Under the pieces are notes generated by a model. The model ran no database searches, was not told where the DNA came from, and worked only from the letters and a program-made list of their open reading frames with translations. A stretch of 64,000 bases of DNA from Dicyema japonicum (taxonomy: Eukaryota > Animalia > Dicyemida), in contig RDEW01000007.1 of NCBI GenBank assembly GCA_011109175.1, positions 433,712 through 497,711 on the forward strand. Reading direction: 5' to 3'. Each line of letters opens with the position of its first letter. The first letter of the stretch is position 1. Shown here in pieces: positions 1 to 11,689 of this stretch. Made by a program: the position numbers and the translations under genes.

Positions 1-687
1 TAATTTTTAGTTAATAGTTTTAGCTGTAGATTCTGTCATCTTTTCTATTTATTTCACATGATCAGTTCACATTAAACTAAAAAATGTATCCATTTGCAAA
101 TAAGTGATCTCACTATGGAAACGCTTACCACAACAAATTAAGATAATTGATTTTTTATTTGTTATATGATTAACTAAAGGATCTGCCACGTGGTGCCATG
201 TCGCTACTTGATTGAAGATTTCTCACTTTAATCAGAAGACGCCCAATGCTTGGCCGGCATTCGAAAGGATACATCTATTTATTCCACTGGGAGTCAATTT
301 CTCTACCTGGCGACGAGTTCTGGATACGACCTCAGCTTCCCGGACAACGTTTTCTGGATCTCTGTCAATTGCTCCTTATTCTTGTGTCGATTGATTTTTA
401 TATTTTGAAAATGAGAGGTCAAATTTAGAAGTCAGTATTTTGGAAAAAGAGAAAATACTTCCTTATACAAGAAAACGAAAATTTTGACATAAATATCTGT
501 GTTGACCATGTGAATTCATTCCTAAATATTCCTTGGTTGCTATTAAAGTAAAATGAGGACCTTTACTTTCCTTGACATTCATGGTTCTGTGCAATTGCAA
601 CTAACCATTGGAATATGTGCAAAACCATTCGACTAATAAGTTTCTAAATGTTGCTTTGATGTGGTCACTGCTGTAGTAAATTTCAAT

Positions 688-829
688 TATTAATATTTAT
701 TTCATTATGACTACAAAGTCTGTTCTTAATATAATTGTGTTAATATTAATATTTATTTCATTATGACTACAAAGTCTGTTCTTAATATAATTGTGACTGT
801 TAATTAATTGTGTTAATTAACAGTCACAA
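688..829. repeat. Local tandem duplication (~52 bp unit, period ~56) ending in a perfect 17-bp inverted repeat
   Basis: tattaatatttatttcattatgactacaaagtctgttcttaatataattgtg occurs at ~688-739 and ~744-795. ttgtgactgttaattaa (791-807) pairs with ttaattaacagtcacaa (813-829) around a 5-nt loop. Confidence 0.9.
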
Positions 830-1499
830 GAATTTTCCGCTAAATATATATTCACGAATCTCAGTACAGAGCCACTCTACGAAAAGCGACAGGATATCTT
901 CTTGATGTGGTCAGGCTCTTACTAAAAGTCAAGTATTCTTAATAAACATGAACATTGCCACCACCTATGCATGGGTAACTGGTTACATTTTTATGGTTTT
1001 CTATAACAGTTTTATTAAATTAACTATTTTTTAAGTCTTTCACAGTCCATGTTTCCCTTTGGAATCGTAAATCTATTAATTTCTAACAATTCTTAGAATT
1101 TTCCATTTGTTCCGGATTCAAACAGAAATAAAGATCTTAAGTTCTCACAAACTTCATTTGCAGACTTAGTATAGAGTGGGCTGACAATTGCAAATCTATT
1201 AAAATTGTTTAAAAACCACCTACTATGTATATCAATGACTAGTAACAATTCGTAGGGGGACAGGGACGTCTGACTACACTTAAATGACGTCGGTGAGACC
1301 CAAAACATCCTCCAGTTTATCTTCGTTGCTAACGTCTAAGCCAATTATGTCGATGGGAGTCGATAGTTAGAATTATATTGACTAAAAAGTATTTACACGA
1401 TTGAAATATGACTAATATTCATTTTACTATTTTCAGAATATATGATGGCTAATACAGCTATCATGTATTACCAAAATATAATTAAAATTCACGAGTGGA

Positions 1500-1640
1500 G
1501 TCTTTGGCCCCAAGACGGTCTCTTTCCTTAGAGCACTTGGGTGTCTATTGACCAAAGCCTCGAGGGAGCGTCGGGAAACCGAGTGGCTTTTCCAAAGGAT
1601 ATCCCTGTCAATAGTCAGAGGTAACAGTCACTCGATCATA
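1500..1640 (+). mobile_element. 3' end fragment of CRE-like non-LTR retrotransposon
   Basis: Similar to the CRE-like 3' ends at 16945-17046 and 55270-55400 (gggaaaccga...ttccaaaggat...gtcagagg; the QRISxxxxRGN region). Confidence 0.6.
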
Positions 1641-2275
1641 TCCGCTAGACTCAGTAATTAACTACTCATTTTTCCTAATAATAAATTTTGATTTTTTCAA
1701 AAAAAAAATTAAAATTCATATAATTTATTGCATTGAGGTAATAACAGTCCAAGAGCATCGGGCCAAAATAAGTTCTCCTGCTTAGTGTTATTGTGGTTTT
1801 GAATTTTTTAGTTCGGTGTTATTGTGAATTTCATTTCATTCAATAATTTTCTAATGGCAGCTTTAAAAAGTTTTATTAACGCACTTTCATGATGTTGCTG
1901 TCATGACCAAGCATGTCCAACGCTGGAAACTAAAATAATGTCAGTCTCTTTTATTAGTTTCTGTCCGTTGCTAGTTGTGTAGTTCATTCACATCATCTCA
2001 CTCTAAAACGTTTCCCAATCCTTTAGAAATTCATCCATGACCACCGAAAGAAGTGAATTATCGTTTCCTCTGAAAAAAAGATACGAGTCTGATAGTGTTA
2101 GGCATTCTAAAGTGCCCTCGTGAGGACAGTGCTAGCCGTTGTTAAGTTTTATGTAATTAGTTCAAGCTGTTCCCTAATTTACTGACTCTTGTTTTGTTTA
2201 AACTCTTCGTGAATAAATAAGATGTAAGTCTTTGTAAGGCTGTAGTCCAATTTTTTTTATTTTTTCGATATTTTC

Positions 2276-2600
2276 TTGTCGCATAAGAGGGTGCCAAAGT
2301 TTTATTTTGTGTCAGTACTCGTCGATCCACACATCCCTTCTATTGATTTTTGTTATCTTCACTTCGCTTGTTTTGACCGTCAAGAACCATTTAACCGAGT
2401 TTCTGATAGCCTTCCAGTAGGGATTCTCTATTTTTGGAAACAAAGTCGACATCATCAGCATAAACCGCAATTTTTATCTTTCCTTTGTAAGGTCCGACCC
2501 CGACCTCGATAAAACCTAATCTCGAAACTTGACTTTTCTTGAAGAAAACTGCGAAAAAATCATTTCTCAGAGGAAACAATAATTCTCACCTGGCTATAGG
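2276..2600 (-). mobile_element. Non-LTR reverse transcriptase fragment (L1/Tx1-like)
   Basis: ORF 2391-2579 contains IKIAVYADDV, the RT catalytic YxDD motif. Confidence 0.7.
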
Positions 2601-3289
2601 CAGAGCAAAAAAAATTCTGTTTTTTTTGCTGCAACTATGTTGAGAAAAGTTGAGAAATTTAGAAATCTTAGATGTTTTAAAATTTTTAATCCAGAAGATC
2701 ACAAAATTATGCAAAATAAAAAAACTACGATCAAAGAAGTAGTAAAAAAATTAATGAATTGGAAGAATCAGTTATAAATATTGCTAAGTTCGTTAAAGGA
2801 TTTTTACTGCTTCAGACAAAATTTATTCAGTAGTTTGAAAAAAAACGATGGATATAGAATTGATGATTATTTTTTGGAATCCCTTAAGTTAATTTACGAC
2901 ACTGAATTGAACATCGAGGCAAAATATTTACAACAAAGACACAATCTCAATCAGCAAAGCGATATATCATAAATTATGAAGGAATTATTAAATTTGAAAA
3001 AAATCTATGATGAAATATAATGGTGAATTAAGAGAAAATGAAACAACAAAAGGAACTATCAAACAAATTAATGATTTGGAAGAATAAATTTAGATATCGC
3101 TTCGGATTCCCTGAGTTTTACTCGTTTAGGAGAAAGCTACAGAAAAATAAATATGAATTTATTAGTATTGAACATTTTTTGCCAATACGCCACAATACAG
3201 TTTGTTATGTTTTTTTTATTATAAATTATTTTTCAATAAAGTTATTTATAACTTTTAAGTCAAAATTTCGGAACAACTTCTGATTTTAA

Positions 3290-3795
3290 CCCCTGTCAGA
3301 AGATCCTGGGCGTGACACTGGATACACATTTATGTTTGTCACCACACGTGGCAAACATTGTTCTGAAGTGAGAGAAGAAGATCAATGTTTAAAATGTTTA
3401 TCTGGAATATGGAAGACAGGTACCCAACCAGTCTTGATGAAAATTTACAAACAATACATCGAACCATGCTTCTCGTACGCGTGTGCTTCGTGGGGACCTT
3501 CATTATCATGGACGAACACTAAGAAGATTGAGGACGTTCAAAAGAAGGCTTTCAGAATGACGGAGCGGTGGTCTTGTAAGAGACACAGAACCGGACCGAC
3601 TACTCTGGAGGCCCTCATTGAACAAAACTCCGGCATGTGGGTAGGTGGTCCTGCAAATACAGTCAGCCGCCCTGTACGAGCTTGTGTGGGTACGAGGGAG
3701 GAGCACCGGGAAAGAATGAGGATTTCGGCGGAGCGCATCGGGATCACATGATAGTTAGTTTTTATTTTACCGTGGTCTTGGGTGTTAAATAAATA
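3290..3795 (+). mobile_element. 5'-truncated LINE (Jockey/I-like): RT C-terminus plus 3' hairpin tail
   Basis: KILGVTLD upstream and IYKQYIEPCFSYACASWG match the RT thumb. Ends in the shared tail ggatcac...gtggtct followed by ttaaataaataaaa. Confidence 0.8.
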
Positions 3796-4134
3796 AAATA
3801 ACCTCTGGTGTTCCAAATTGAGGTCAGACTGCATTATGGTTACCGTTTTCTTATTGTTGATTGAAGATATATAATGTACAGAGTGAGAGATGATAGATCA
3901 CTTTGGGAAGTTCCCGCTGTCATCTTAAAAGGTCTCTATACACTTTCTAAATAGTAACATTGTTTTAGTAAAAACCGTGGCACAACTCAGAAATACTCCT
4001 GAACGGAGATAGCTCTTTCAGCGACTTGGATTTGCCGTCGTCACTTCCCTGATTTGTATCTATTCAGTCATTCAGTCTCCAAGCATATGTTACAATCGTT
4101 CGGTAGCTGTAAGCACGCATTTTTTCTTTGTATG

Positions 4135-7100
4135 CTAGAATGATATTGTCCATGGAGTGCTTACAGAACAGGGAATTTCGCATGATAATATGACTTCTAT
4201 TATCACGTCTCTACGGGCGATGGCTGAATCGATTGACCAAGATGACAAAGCTGAATGGATCGCACAAGTTGTTGGAACTGCCAAGTCGAGATTTGGAAGG
4301 ATTCCTCCAGGTGAGTGGCCGTTAATCGCAGATATCTTCAATATGCGGTTCGGTACCACCAAATCTGTGGCAAATGTAAAATTACTTCTCAAAACTCATG
4401 TAAAGAATACTACGTGTCACCAAGAAGGAAATCGGCAGAGCGTCAAGAAGTCGAGATTGCCTGTTTCACTAAGTGCTTGGAAGAGTTTTCATGCCGGATT
4501 CAAGAGATCAAGTCGATACCCCTAGATAAACGAAAACCAACCAGGAAAATTCCTTATCAGTTTCTCAAAAAGGATATATTATCCGATTGAATATACTGTG
4601 GGATACTATATCAATAGTATGCCCCCGAATACAATGGGAGATATTAGAGATATTCTGTACGCAACACAATGCTCATATGAAACACTTACTACTACTGTTC
4701 ACAAGGAGAGCAACTGGCTGCAATGAATAGGCGACTTACAAAACTAAAGCATCAGGGTGAGAAAATCAGCGCACTAGTTGGGTCATCGGGAAGTCAGAAG
4801 TATGATGATTCGACGAGAGAACCTTTGTGTGATTATGCATATAGAAGTCAAAAAAAGGAGATCTTTAGATAGTGTTATGTACAATCAACGAAGAGATTAG
4901 AATTGTTGACAAAAAGATTAGGGTGCACAAGTCCAGAAAGGAATTTTGCAGAGATATTTTATGCTATGAGCTTAATAGAAGGCGCTTTTATAGGAAAATG
5001 AGAGAGGAAGGCCGCTGTTCTGTGTACAATTTTGAGATCGAGGAATGTACAGCTTTTTGGAAAAACGTGTGGAAGGAAAAGGATAAGAAGGATGTGGGAT
5101 TCTCTATATCCAAAAGGATTACTGGGAAGAGGAGGCGTATGCTGAGTTCTCGAAAGAAGGATTGTTGGAAATAATCAAATTATTCCTAATTGGAGAGCGT
5201 GCGGATGTGATGGGATCTACCATTTCTTTATTAAGAAGATTACGTCACTCGTTGAACATATATACAAAGAAGTAGAAAAGGTGATAAAAGAAATCGACTC
5301 CTGAGGCTTGGTTTTACACTGGTGTCACTTACCTTATCCCGAAGAAAGAGGTTTGTGACTTTCCGAAGGACCTTAGACCGATCACGTGCATGTCTAACCT
5401 CTATAAATTGACAACAAAGTGGGTGAATAGCAAGCTGAGCAAATATATTGAAGCATTCGATCTAATCTGTGATAACCAGTTAGGAACTCGTGGAATGTAC
5501 CAGGCGCAAAGGAACAAGCCTTGGTCAACCAATGCATTAACAAACAGTCGGCCAATTTACGCTCGATTTGGATCGATGTAAAGAAAGCGTTCGATTCTGT
5601 GGATTATGGCTTTCTGTACGAAGTTTTAGAAAATTCTGGATTACCTATATGGAATATTACGTTTATATAAAAAAACTTATGAAAATGTGGAATCTTAAAG
5701 GGAATATTACAAGGAGATTCCTTATCTCCACAGTTATTTGTATTATGATTGATCCGTTGAGTCGACTATTAAATGGTAAATACCATAAAGTGACCATGGA
5801 TGCTGAGGGAAATACTCTTATTTACTAACCACTTGTTGTTTATGGATGATCTCAAATTGATATTCTATGAGGATGACACAATGCTAAGAATGATGAACCA
5901 AGTTGGAAAATTTTTTGATGCGGCTGGACTGGAGCCTAATACCGACAAATCAGCCACAAATGTTGAATGTTTGGTTAAAAAAGCTATGTAACTTGACGGT
6001 CTTGGAAGATATGGATATCTTGGCGTATTAGAAGACAAATATAGTAACGTCATGAAGACTAATGTGATGAAGTCTATTTATGCAAAAGTGAAGAATAGGA
6101 TCGTGAATCTTACGAAGACTAAACTGAATAGTGTTAACTTCTTCAAGGCAATCATGAGCATGCGACTTTTCTATATAATTATTATATAGGCTCATTGAAA
6201 TTGAACCTGATGAGTTTGAGGAATTTGACACGTGTATACGTAGTATATTTGGTCGGATTCACTGTAAAACTGCAAATAAAGAAAAATTGTATTTACAGCG
6301 AGATTTTCTTGGGAGAGGATTGACCTCTGTTGTATGTAAAAGTGAAATAATACTTTTTCATTTTTACAATGACCTGCAACACAAGTCCAACAAATGTTTG
6401 AGAAGAGCAGGAATCCTACGGGTCTTGAACGCAAAGAAAAATCATATGGCCACTATCGTAGGATTCCTAGCTTGAAAATACCGCTTAGACACAAGCGACT
6501 AAATCTAAAACAACTAAGGGATGTACAACAAAAGGAGCTGTTAGAAAAGATAAAAAGAAAACCTATGCATGCTATGAAGTTCGATTCAACAGAAGATCAG
6601 AGTTTTGATATCAAACAATCTAGCCAATGGTTAATCGCCGGGAACAACTCCCCAAGGACAGAGGGAATGCTATGTCCAGGATCGGAATGTTTTTTTCGAT
6701 GAAAATGGCGCAAAATGTAGCCATTTCAATTCAGCGAAAAAAAGTGGATCATGTGGCAACAAGGTGTGGAAGAATGCTCAATGGTGACTACCTACGTCGT
6801 CATAATGAGGTTGTCAGGTGCATATACTTACACCTGTGCAGGCAGTATGGAATAAAGAAATCGAAAAAACTAAGACTCATTCAGTGCAATCAACGGTTGT
6901 AACTGAATTTGTTGAAATTTGCTTTGACACAACAATAGCTACGGACACGAGAATAACAAGCCGGGTATCTTCGTGCATAACAAAATCAAGAACATAATAA
7001 CGCTAATAGAAGTGGGAATAACCTCCCAGGATTCTTTGAAACATGTCGAAGTGGAGAAAGGCCGTAAGTACTATCTTCTCGCAAGTGAGCGGGGATAATA

Positions 7101-7310
7101 CACAAAGCAAAAGTATACGTGGTCTCAGTAGTCCTCACTTGGGATGGAGTCGTAAGCAAATTTTATAAACATCACTTGAGCCACTTAAATTTGGAATGTT
7201 TTGTAAGAGCCTACATGCAGACGATAACGATCAAAAAAACGATGGAAAGCGTTTTGGGCGGTCACGTTCGCATGTCCGAATACTTGTCAAAATGAAAATG
7301 GAATTTGATG
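4135..7310 (+). mobile_element. Degenerate R4/Dong-like RLE non-LTR retrotransposon, with many frameshifts and stops
   Basis: RPITCMSNLYKLTTK, DVKKAFDSV, NHLLFMDDLK (RT); zinc-knuckle region DHVATRCGRMLNGDYLRRHNEVVRC; RLE IEVGITSQD...EKGRKY. Confidence 0.88.
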
Positions 7311-7441
7311 TTAACTAACATTAACTATTTTTTGTTTGTCTACAAATAAACTAAATTATTTTTATATTAAATATTTTTTTATTTAATTAAATTAATAAAC
7401 TATTTATAAAATAAGGTATAATTCTTTTGTGTTGACTTCTT

Positions 7442-7903
7442 ATGGTGCAATTAACTACTTTTGATGTGTTCCAAGCAATTTGTTCTACAAATCCTGACAC
7501 CAGCCAACTCAAACCCCTTATAATAAAGATTGAGGAAATGATCAAAGAACGTTTAACTTATCTTTCCCTTGTAAACCGTGGAGTGGACTCTCTGGGTGTT
7601 CCATTCCATAAAAAATTGGAAATGATACTTGAAAATGTTGAGTCTGAGCATTTAAATTCAGCCAATGGCCGTCTGCTTATGCTTATGGTGTTCAGTCGGT
7701 CACTGGCTAATGCTCATCCTAATAATGTTGATGATATTGTGAGTGTGTTTGTATCTCATTTTGAGTACAATGAGGATTATGTTAATAATGTTGAGTCAAA
7801 TGGGGGTTGGCTCAGATTTCTAAAAGGTGCAGGACTTTGTACAGAAAATGAATCAATTTTCTCGTATTATATGAGATGGCTTGGGTCTGTATTTAGAATT
7901 TAA
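7442..7903 (+). CDS. Bcl-2 family protein, divergent, 153 aa, intronless
   Basis: BH1-like LNSANGRLLMLMVFS (canonical NWGR) and BH2-like VESNGGWLRF at Bcl-2-typical spacing. AT-rich island immediately upstream (7320-7440). Confidence 0.7.
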   Translation: MVQLTTFDVFQAICSTNPDTSQLKPLIIKIEEMIKERLTYLSLVNRGVDSLGVPFHKKLEMILENVESEHLNSANGRLLMLMVFSRSLANAHPNNVDDIVSVFVSHFEYNEDYVNNVESNGGWLRFLKGAGLCTENESIFSYYMRWLGSVFRI

Positions 7904-8067
7904 TTTATTTTAATAAATTTTTTTTGTTTTGATTTTTTTGAGGATTTATTAGATTTATTTTAATAAATTTTTAATAATTTTTTTATTAGATTGGCTATTT
8001 TTTAAGTAAATGTACTTATGACGTCATCAGTTGCGGTTTTATTTGCGGTTTTGCCGTAACTGCGGTT

Positions 8068-8490
8068 TTATCGATTATTATTGATGTACTTTATTATTAA
8101 AAAGCAGGCATTTCCCCTGACGATTTGCAAAGTAATGCGCTCAATGATCCAATTCCTTTCTCTCCTACCGTTTTTCTTCTTCGTGATGAGCGAGCCGATC
8201 CTGCTTAGCAGGGTCAGAGATCTGCTAACAATGATTCCTTGTTTCAACTGCCACTGGTTCGAAGATGAATTTTCCTCTAAGACATGCGTATTTTTTAGTC
8301 TGTAGGGTCTCAGTCGTCTCCAAAGCAGATCCTGGGTCAGGTGCTGCCGCTGAAACGTTGGAGGGAGAGAGGCTATCGAGACAGGTGGCCTCCCAGGCAA
8401 GGTATTTACCACTCTCACATGGGAAAAGAGTGGTTCCATACGGTCTTCGGGTGATTTGAATAACTCCAAGCTTCTTCAATTGGACAGGAA
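8068..8490 (-). mobile_element. CRE-like non-LTR retrotransposon 3' fragment (RLE domain)
   Basis: RRPYGTTLFP...GKYLAWEATCLDSL, K.KKY, FEPVAVET and RITLQIVRGNA motifs across two frames. Confidence 0.8.
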
Positions 8491-8544
8491 ATCCAGCAAC
8501 CTCAAGTACACAAGGAATAACTCCGTTGATTTCGGCGAGATAGG

Positions 8545-8675
8545 ACTCTGACCCTGCTAAACAGGATCGGCTCGCTCGCCGTGAAGAAGAAAAACGATAG
8601 GAGATAAAGGAGCTGGCTCATTGAGCTCATTTTCTTGCATATCATCAGGGGAAGAGCGTTTTCAATTATGAGAGC
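8545..8675 (+). mobile_element. Second CRE-like 3' end, inverted relative to 8103-8220
   Basis: ctctgaccctgctaaacaggatcggctcgctc...tcagggga is the imperfect reverse complement of 8103-8220. Confidence 0.7.
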
Positions 8676-8741
8676 GTGTTAACTGTTAGTTTTTGCATTT
8701 AAATAAAAATTTTTACCTTAAAAAGCACAGAATACATAAAA

Positions 8742-9000
8742 TTAGTTAAGTTTTTCTTGCATTGTATTCCGAATCATTCTCTCTGTCAGCTTCGACCATG
8801 ATCTTCTGTTGCGCGCTAGTTCTCTTAGGTAGTCCAGGTCGTCCGCCATTTCCATTATAATGTCAGGTGTTACCCACACTCTTGTAACACAGTGAATCAG
8901 GTCTTGATGGACAGCAAATCCAAGCCCAAAATGTCGACAGGCCGATGAGAGGATAAAAAGGTGGAATTTGCCAAACAGTTCTGTACATTGTACTGTCGTT
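8742..9000 (-). mobile_element. LINE RT C-terminal fragment (RTE/CR1-like)
   Basis: LRELARNRRSWSKL resembles the terminal 'A.DR..W' motif of LINE ORF2. Confidence 0.45.
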
Positions 9001-9039
9001 TTTGTCTTTTGTAGACAGAGATGTCGTATTTTGTTAGAT

Positions 9040-9720
9040 CGCATGCCAGTTGCCATGCTCTACCACGACTATGTGTGGAGGCATAACGAGGTAGTAAGGA
9101 GTCTTCATTTTCTACTATGCAATAAATATGGTATTCGCCACACCAGAAAGTTGCGGACTCATAAGGTGCAATCTGTAGTAGAGAACACCAGGGTCCAAAT
9201 TAAGGTAGACAGTGTTATCCGTACCTCGGTGCTAGTCAAGCACAATAAACCGGACATTGTGGTACATGATAAGGAGTCTGGCCAAGTCCTTATCATAGAG
9301 GTTGGCATCACGTCTCAAGACCGTTTGCAGACTGTGGAGGTAGAGAAAAAAAGGAAGTATGACTTTCTTGCAATCGAAATGGGGAAATGTTTGGTTGCAA
9401 GGTCTCGTTATTCAAATAGTAATGACGTGGGAAGGAATTGCAACAAAATACCACAAGGGTTATCTGAAGCAGTTGGGGGTAGATAGGAAGCTCAGGCCTA
9501 TCTACAGTCCACTGTATTAAAGCGGAGCCTAGAGAGCCTGACACTGGAGTATAGGAGGCAGAGGCCGGAGATGCCATATGGGCCGAGGGTTCAATTGGAC
9601 AAGGCGCTCTCGAAGCTGTTTTAGCAACCAGAATCGAACCTGCCTGAGGAGACTGGCGAACAGGTAGGCGAGGAAGGTTGTTGATTATTAAATATTAACT
9701 TTTTATTGTTGGTTAAATAA
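9040..9720 (+). mobile_element. R4/Dong-like element 3' part (RLE)
   Basis: YVWRHNEVVRSLH...HNKPDIVVHDK...IIEVGITSQD...EKKRKYDFLA; same family as 4135-7310. Confidence 0.85.
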
Positions 9721-9769
9721 AGTGGGTTTCCAAAAAAATGACAAAACACATATTGGAGGCGTTCAGATT

Positions 9770-10785
9770 GGACTTGTCCTGGATCTGTAAAAACCACTCA
9801 ATCGTATGATGAAGTTTGGACAGTTTTCGGCAAAATATTGGTATATTAATGATTAACTTTTCAGATGTTGAGACAAATATGGATATTTTTTTAATTCTGA
9901 AATAACGACACCATTAAAAATCATAAAATATGGTCTATTGATGGGACTTTTTCTGTCTGCCCTCTTGGAAGCAGTTATTCACAATATCGGTCATAATTAA
10001 TCACCATGTGATTCCAATAATATTCTGTCTTTTAACATCAAAAAAAAATGAATATGACACAATGCTTCTAATAATTAAACGTCTTATTCCGGATTCAGAA
10101 CCAAAAGTTATTGTCTCAGATTTTTAAAAAAGAGCAATAAAGTCCTTTCAAAAATCATTTCCAAACGCACGGATAAAATGCTGCATGTTCCATCTAGGAC
10201 AAAATATTAATAAAAAAATATTGGAATTAGGAATTTTAAACGACATAAATAATGAAAATATCAATAGGTTAAATGTGATTTAAAATTAACGATAGATTTG
10301 TAAGACTGTTGAAATGCCTCTCTTTTATTCTTACACATTCTGTAAAGAACACTTTTGATTGAATAGTGTCGAGATCAGATTTTCCTGCGATTCTAAATCT
10401 ATTATATCAATATTTTTCGATCAATTATATCGGAAATCAAGAAAATGGATTAATTTCGAGATTTCCAATTAATTATTGGAATAATCTGGATAATTTATAT
10501 GAGGACTTACCTCGGACAAATAACTCCATTGAAGGCTGGCACAACGTTTTTAGAAGTACATTTGAGACACTAAACAAGACGCCAAGAAATTTTGTAAAGA
10601 AATTGATAAAAGAAAAAGGCATTATGATAAAATTTTTAAGATTACAAAATAGAGAAAAAATTCTTAGAAAAACTAAATATATCGCTCTATCTGAGAATAT
10701 ATTAAGATTTGTTGAAGAACAAATGTTACTTAATATGGATCCGACACAATATATATTCAATTTAGTAGAATATGTATTCTATTAA
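9770..10785 (+). mobile_element. Degenerate MULE (Mutator-like) transposase
   Basis: WSIDGTF, IVSDF, CCMFHLGQNI and LPRTNNSIEGWHN motifs, broken by frameshifts. Confidence 0.8.
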
Positions 10786-10850
10786 CATTTATAATCATTT
10801 TCTTTCTTTTTTTGAAAATAAATCTTTCATTCTAAAGTTATATAAAAATA

Positions 10851-11072
10851 TTAAAAAAGATTACTTTTTTACCTACAGATGTCGAGGACCCTGGTAAATG
10901 TTCCACTTACCCATAGGACCCCTTAAAATCAATTTTTATAAGATTTAAAAAAGATGACTTTTTTACCTAAAGAAGTCGAGGACTATGCTAAAATGTTTCA
11001 TTTACCCATAGGATTTTTTAAAATCAATTTTTATAAGATTTAAAAAGATGACTTTTTTAACTAAAGATGTCG
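10851..11072. repeat. Tandem repeat, ~94-95 bp unit, ~2.3 copies
   Basis: Unit ttaaaaaagat.acttttttacct..aga.gtcgaggac...ttacccatagga...ttaaaatcaatttttataaga starts at ~10851, ~10945 and ~11040. May be a subterminal repeat of the adjacent MULE. Confidence 0.85.
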
Positions 11073-11171
11073 TTTCGCTAAAATCTCGTGATGTTTATTG
11101 ATGAACTTATCCAAAACCTGATAAAATTAATTAGAGGCTATTTTGAATGGAGGCTATTTTGAATTGGAACC

Positions 11172-11600
11172 GTGCACGTCCATACTAGCGATTTTCCCTC
11201 AGTGAACGGAAAGATAGTTAACCCATCCGGTTTTTCCCGTCTCCGCGTTCCAATCCCACCAGCTCCAGCACTGCCGGGAAGCCTCAGCTTCAAGAGCACG
11301 CATGACAATGTTGTTCAGAGCAGCATGATGGGGGCTCTTCCCGCACTCCTTTTGCACGAAAGCAAATGCAGTTCTTTGGCATCGACGATCCCTCCACAAC
11401 GACATTGGCTTTTGACGCATACATCAACTCCCAGGCGCTGTGCGATCCCAATCCAAATACAATCATCGTCCAAAAAAGTCCCTAGGGAGTAACACGGGAG
11501 TGCATCCAGCAGTGCTCCGCTCCTATGGTTGGAGACAGACACGATGCATGTAAGACGATGCTGGTTGGCCTCAGACTTTAGCACGTCGAAGATATTCTTG
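11172..11600 (-). mobile_element. CRE-like retrotransposon fragment (CCHC + RLE start)
   Basis: CRCGGIVDAKELHLLSCKRSAGR...HAALN, followed by GKTGWVN, equivalent to the GKRPDG region. Confidence 0.8.
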
Positions 11601-11689
11601 GAGTAGATCTCGTTGCCTCAAAGGATCGTTTGGCGTATCGGCGTTTTAACCTGATTTCAGGTTTTTACAAACACTTTTGGACGGCATCA

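Noticed and set aside
10851-11072. Tandem array as a possible CRISPR or satellite system
   Set aside because: There are no unique spacers, only ~2.3 copies, and the context is eukaryotic with no cas genes.
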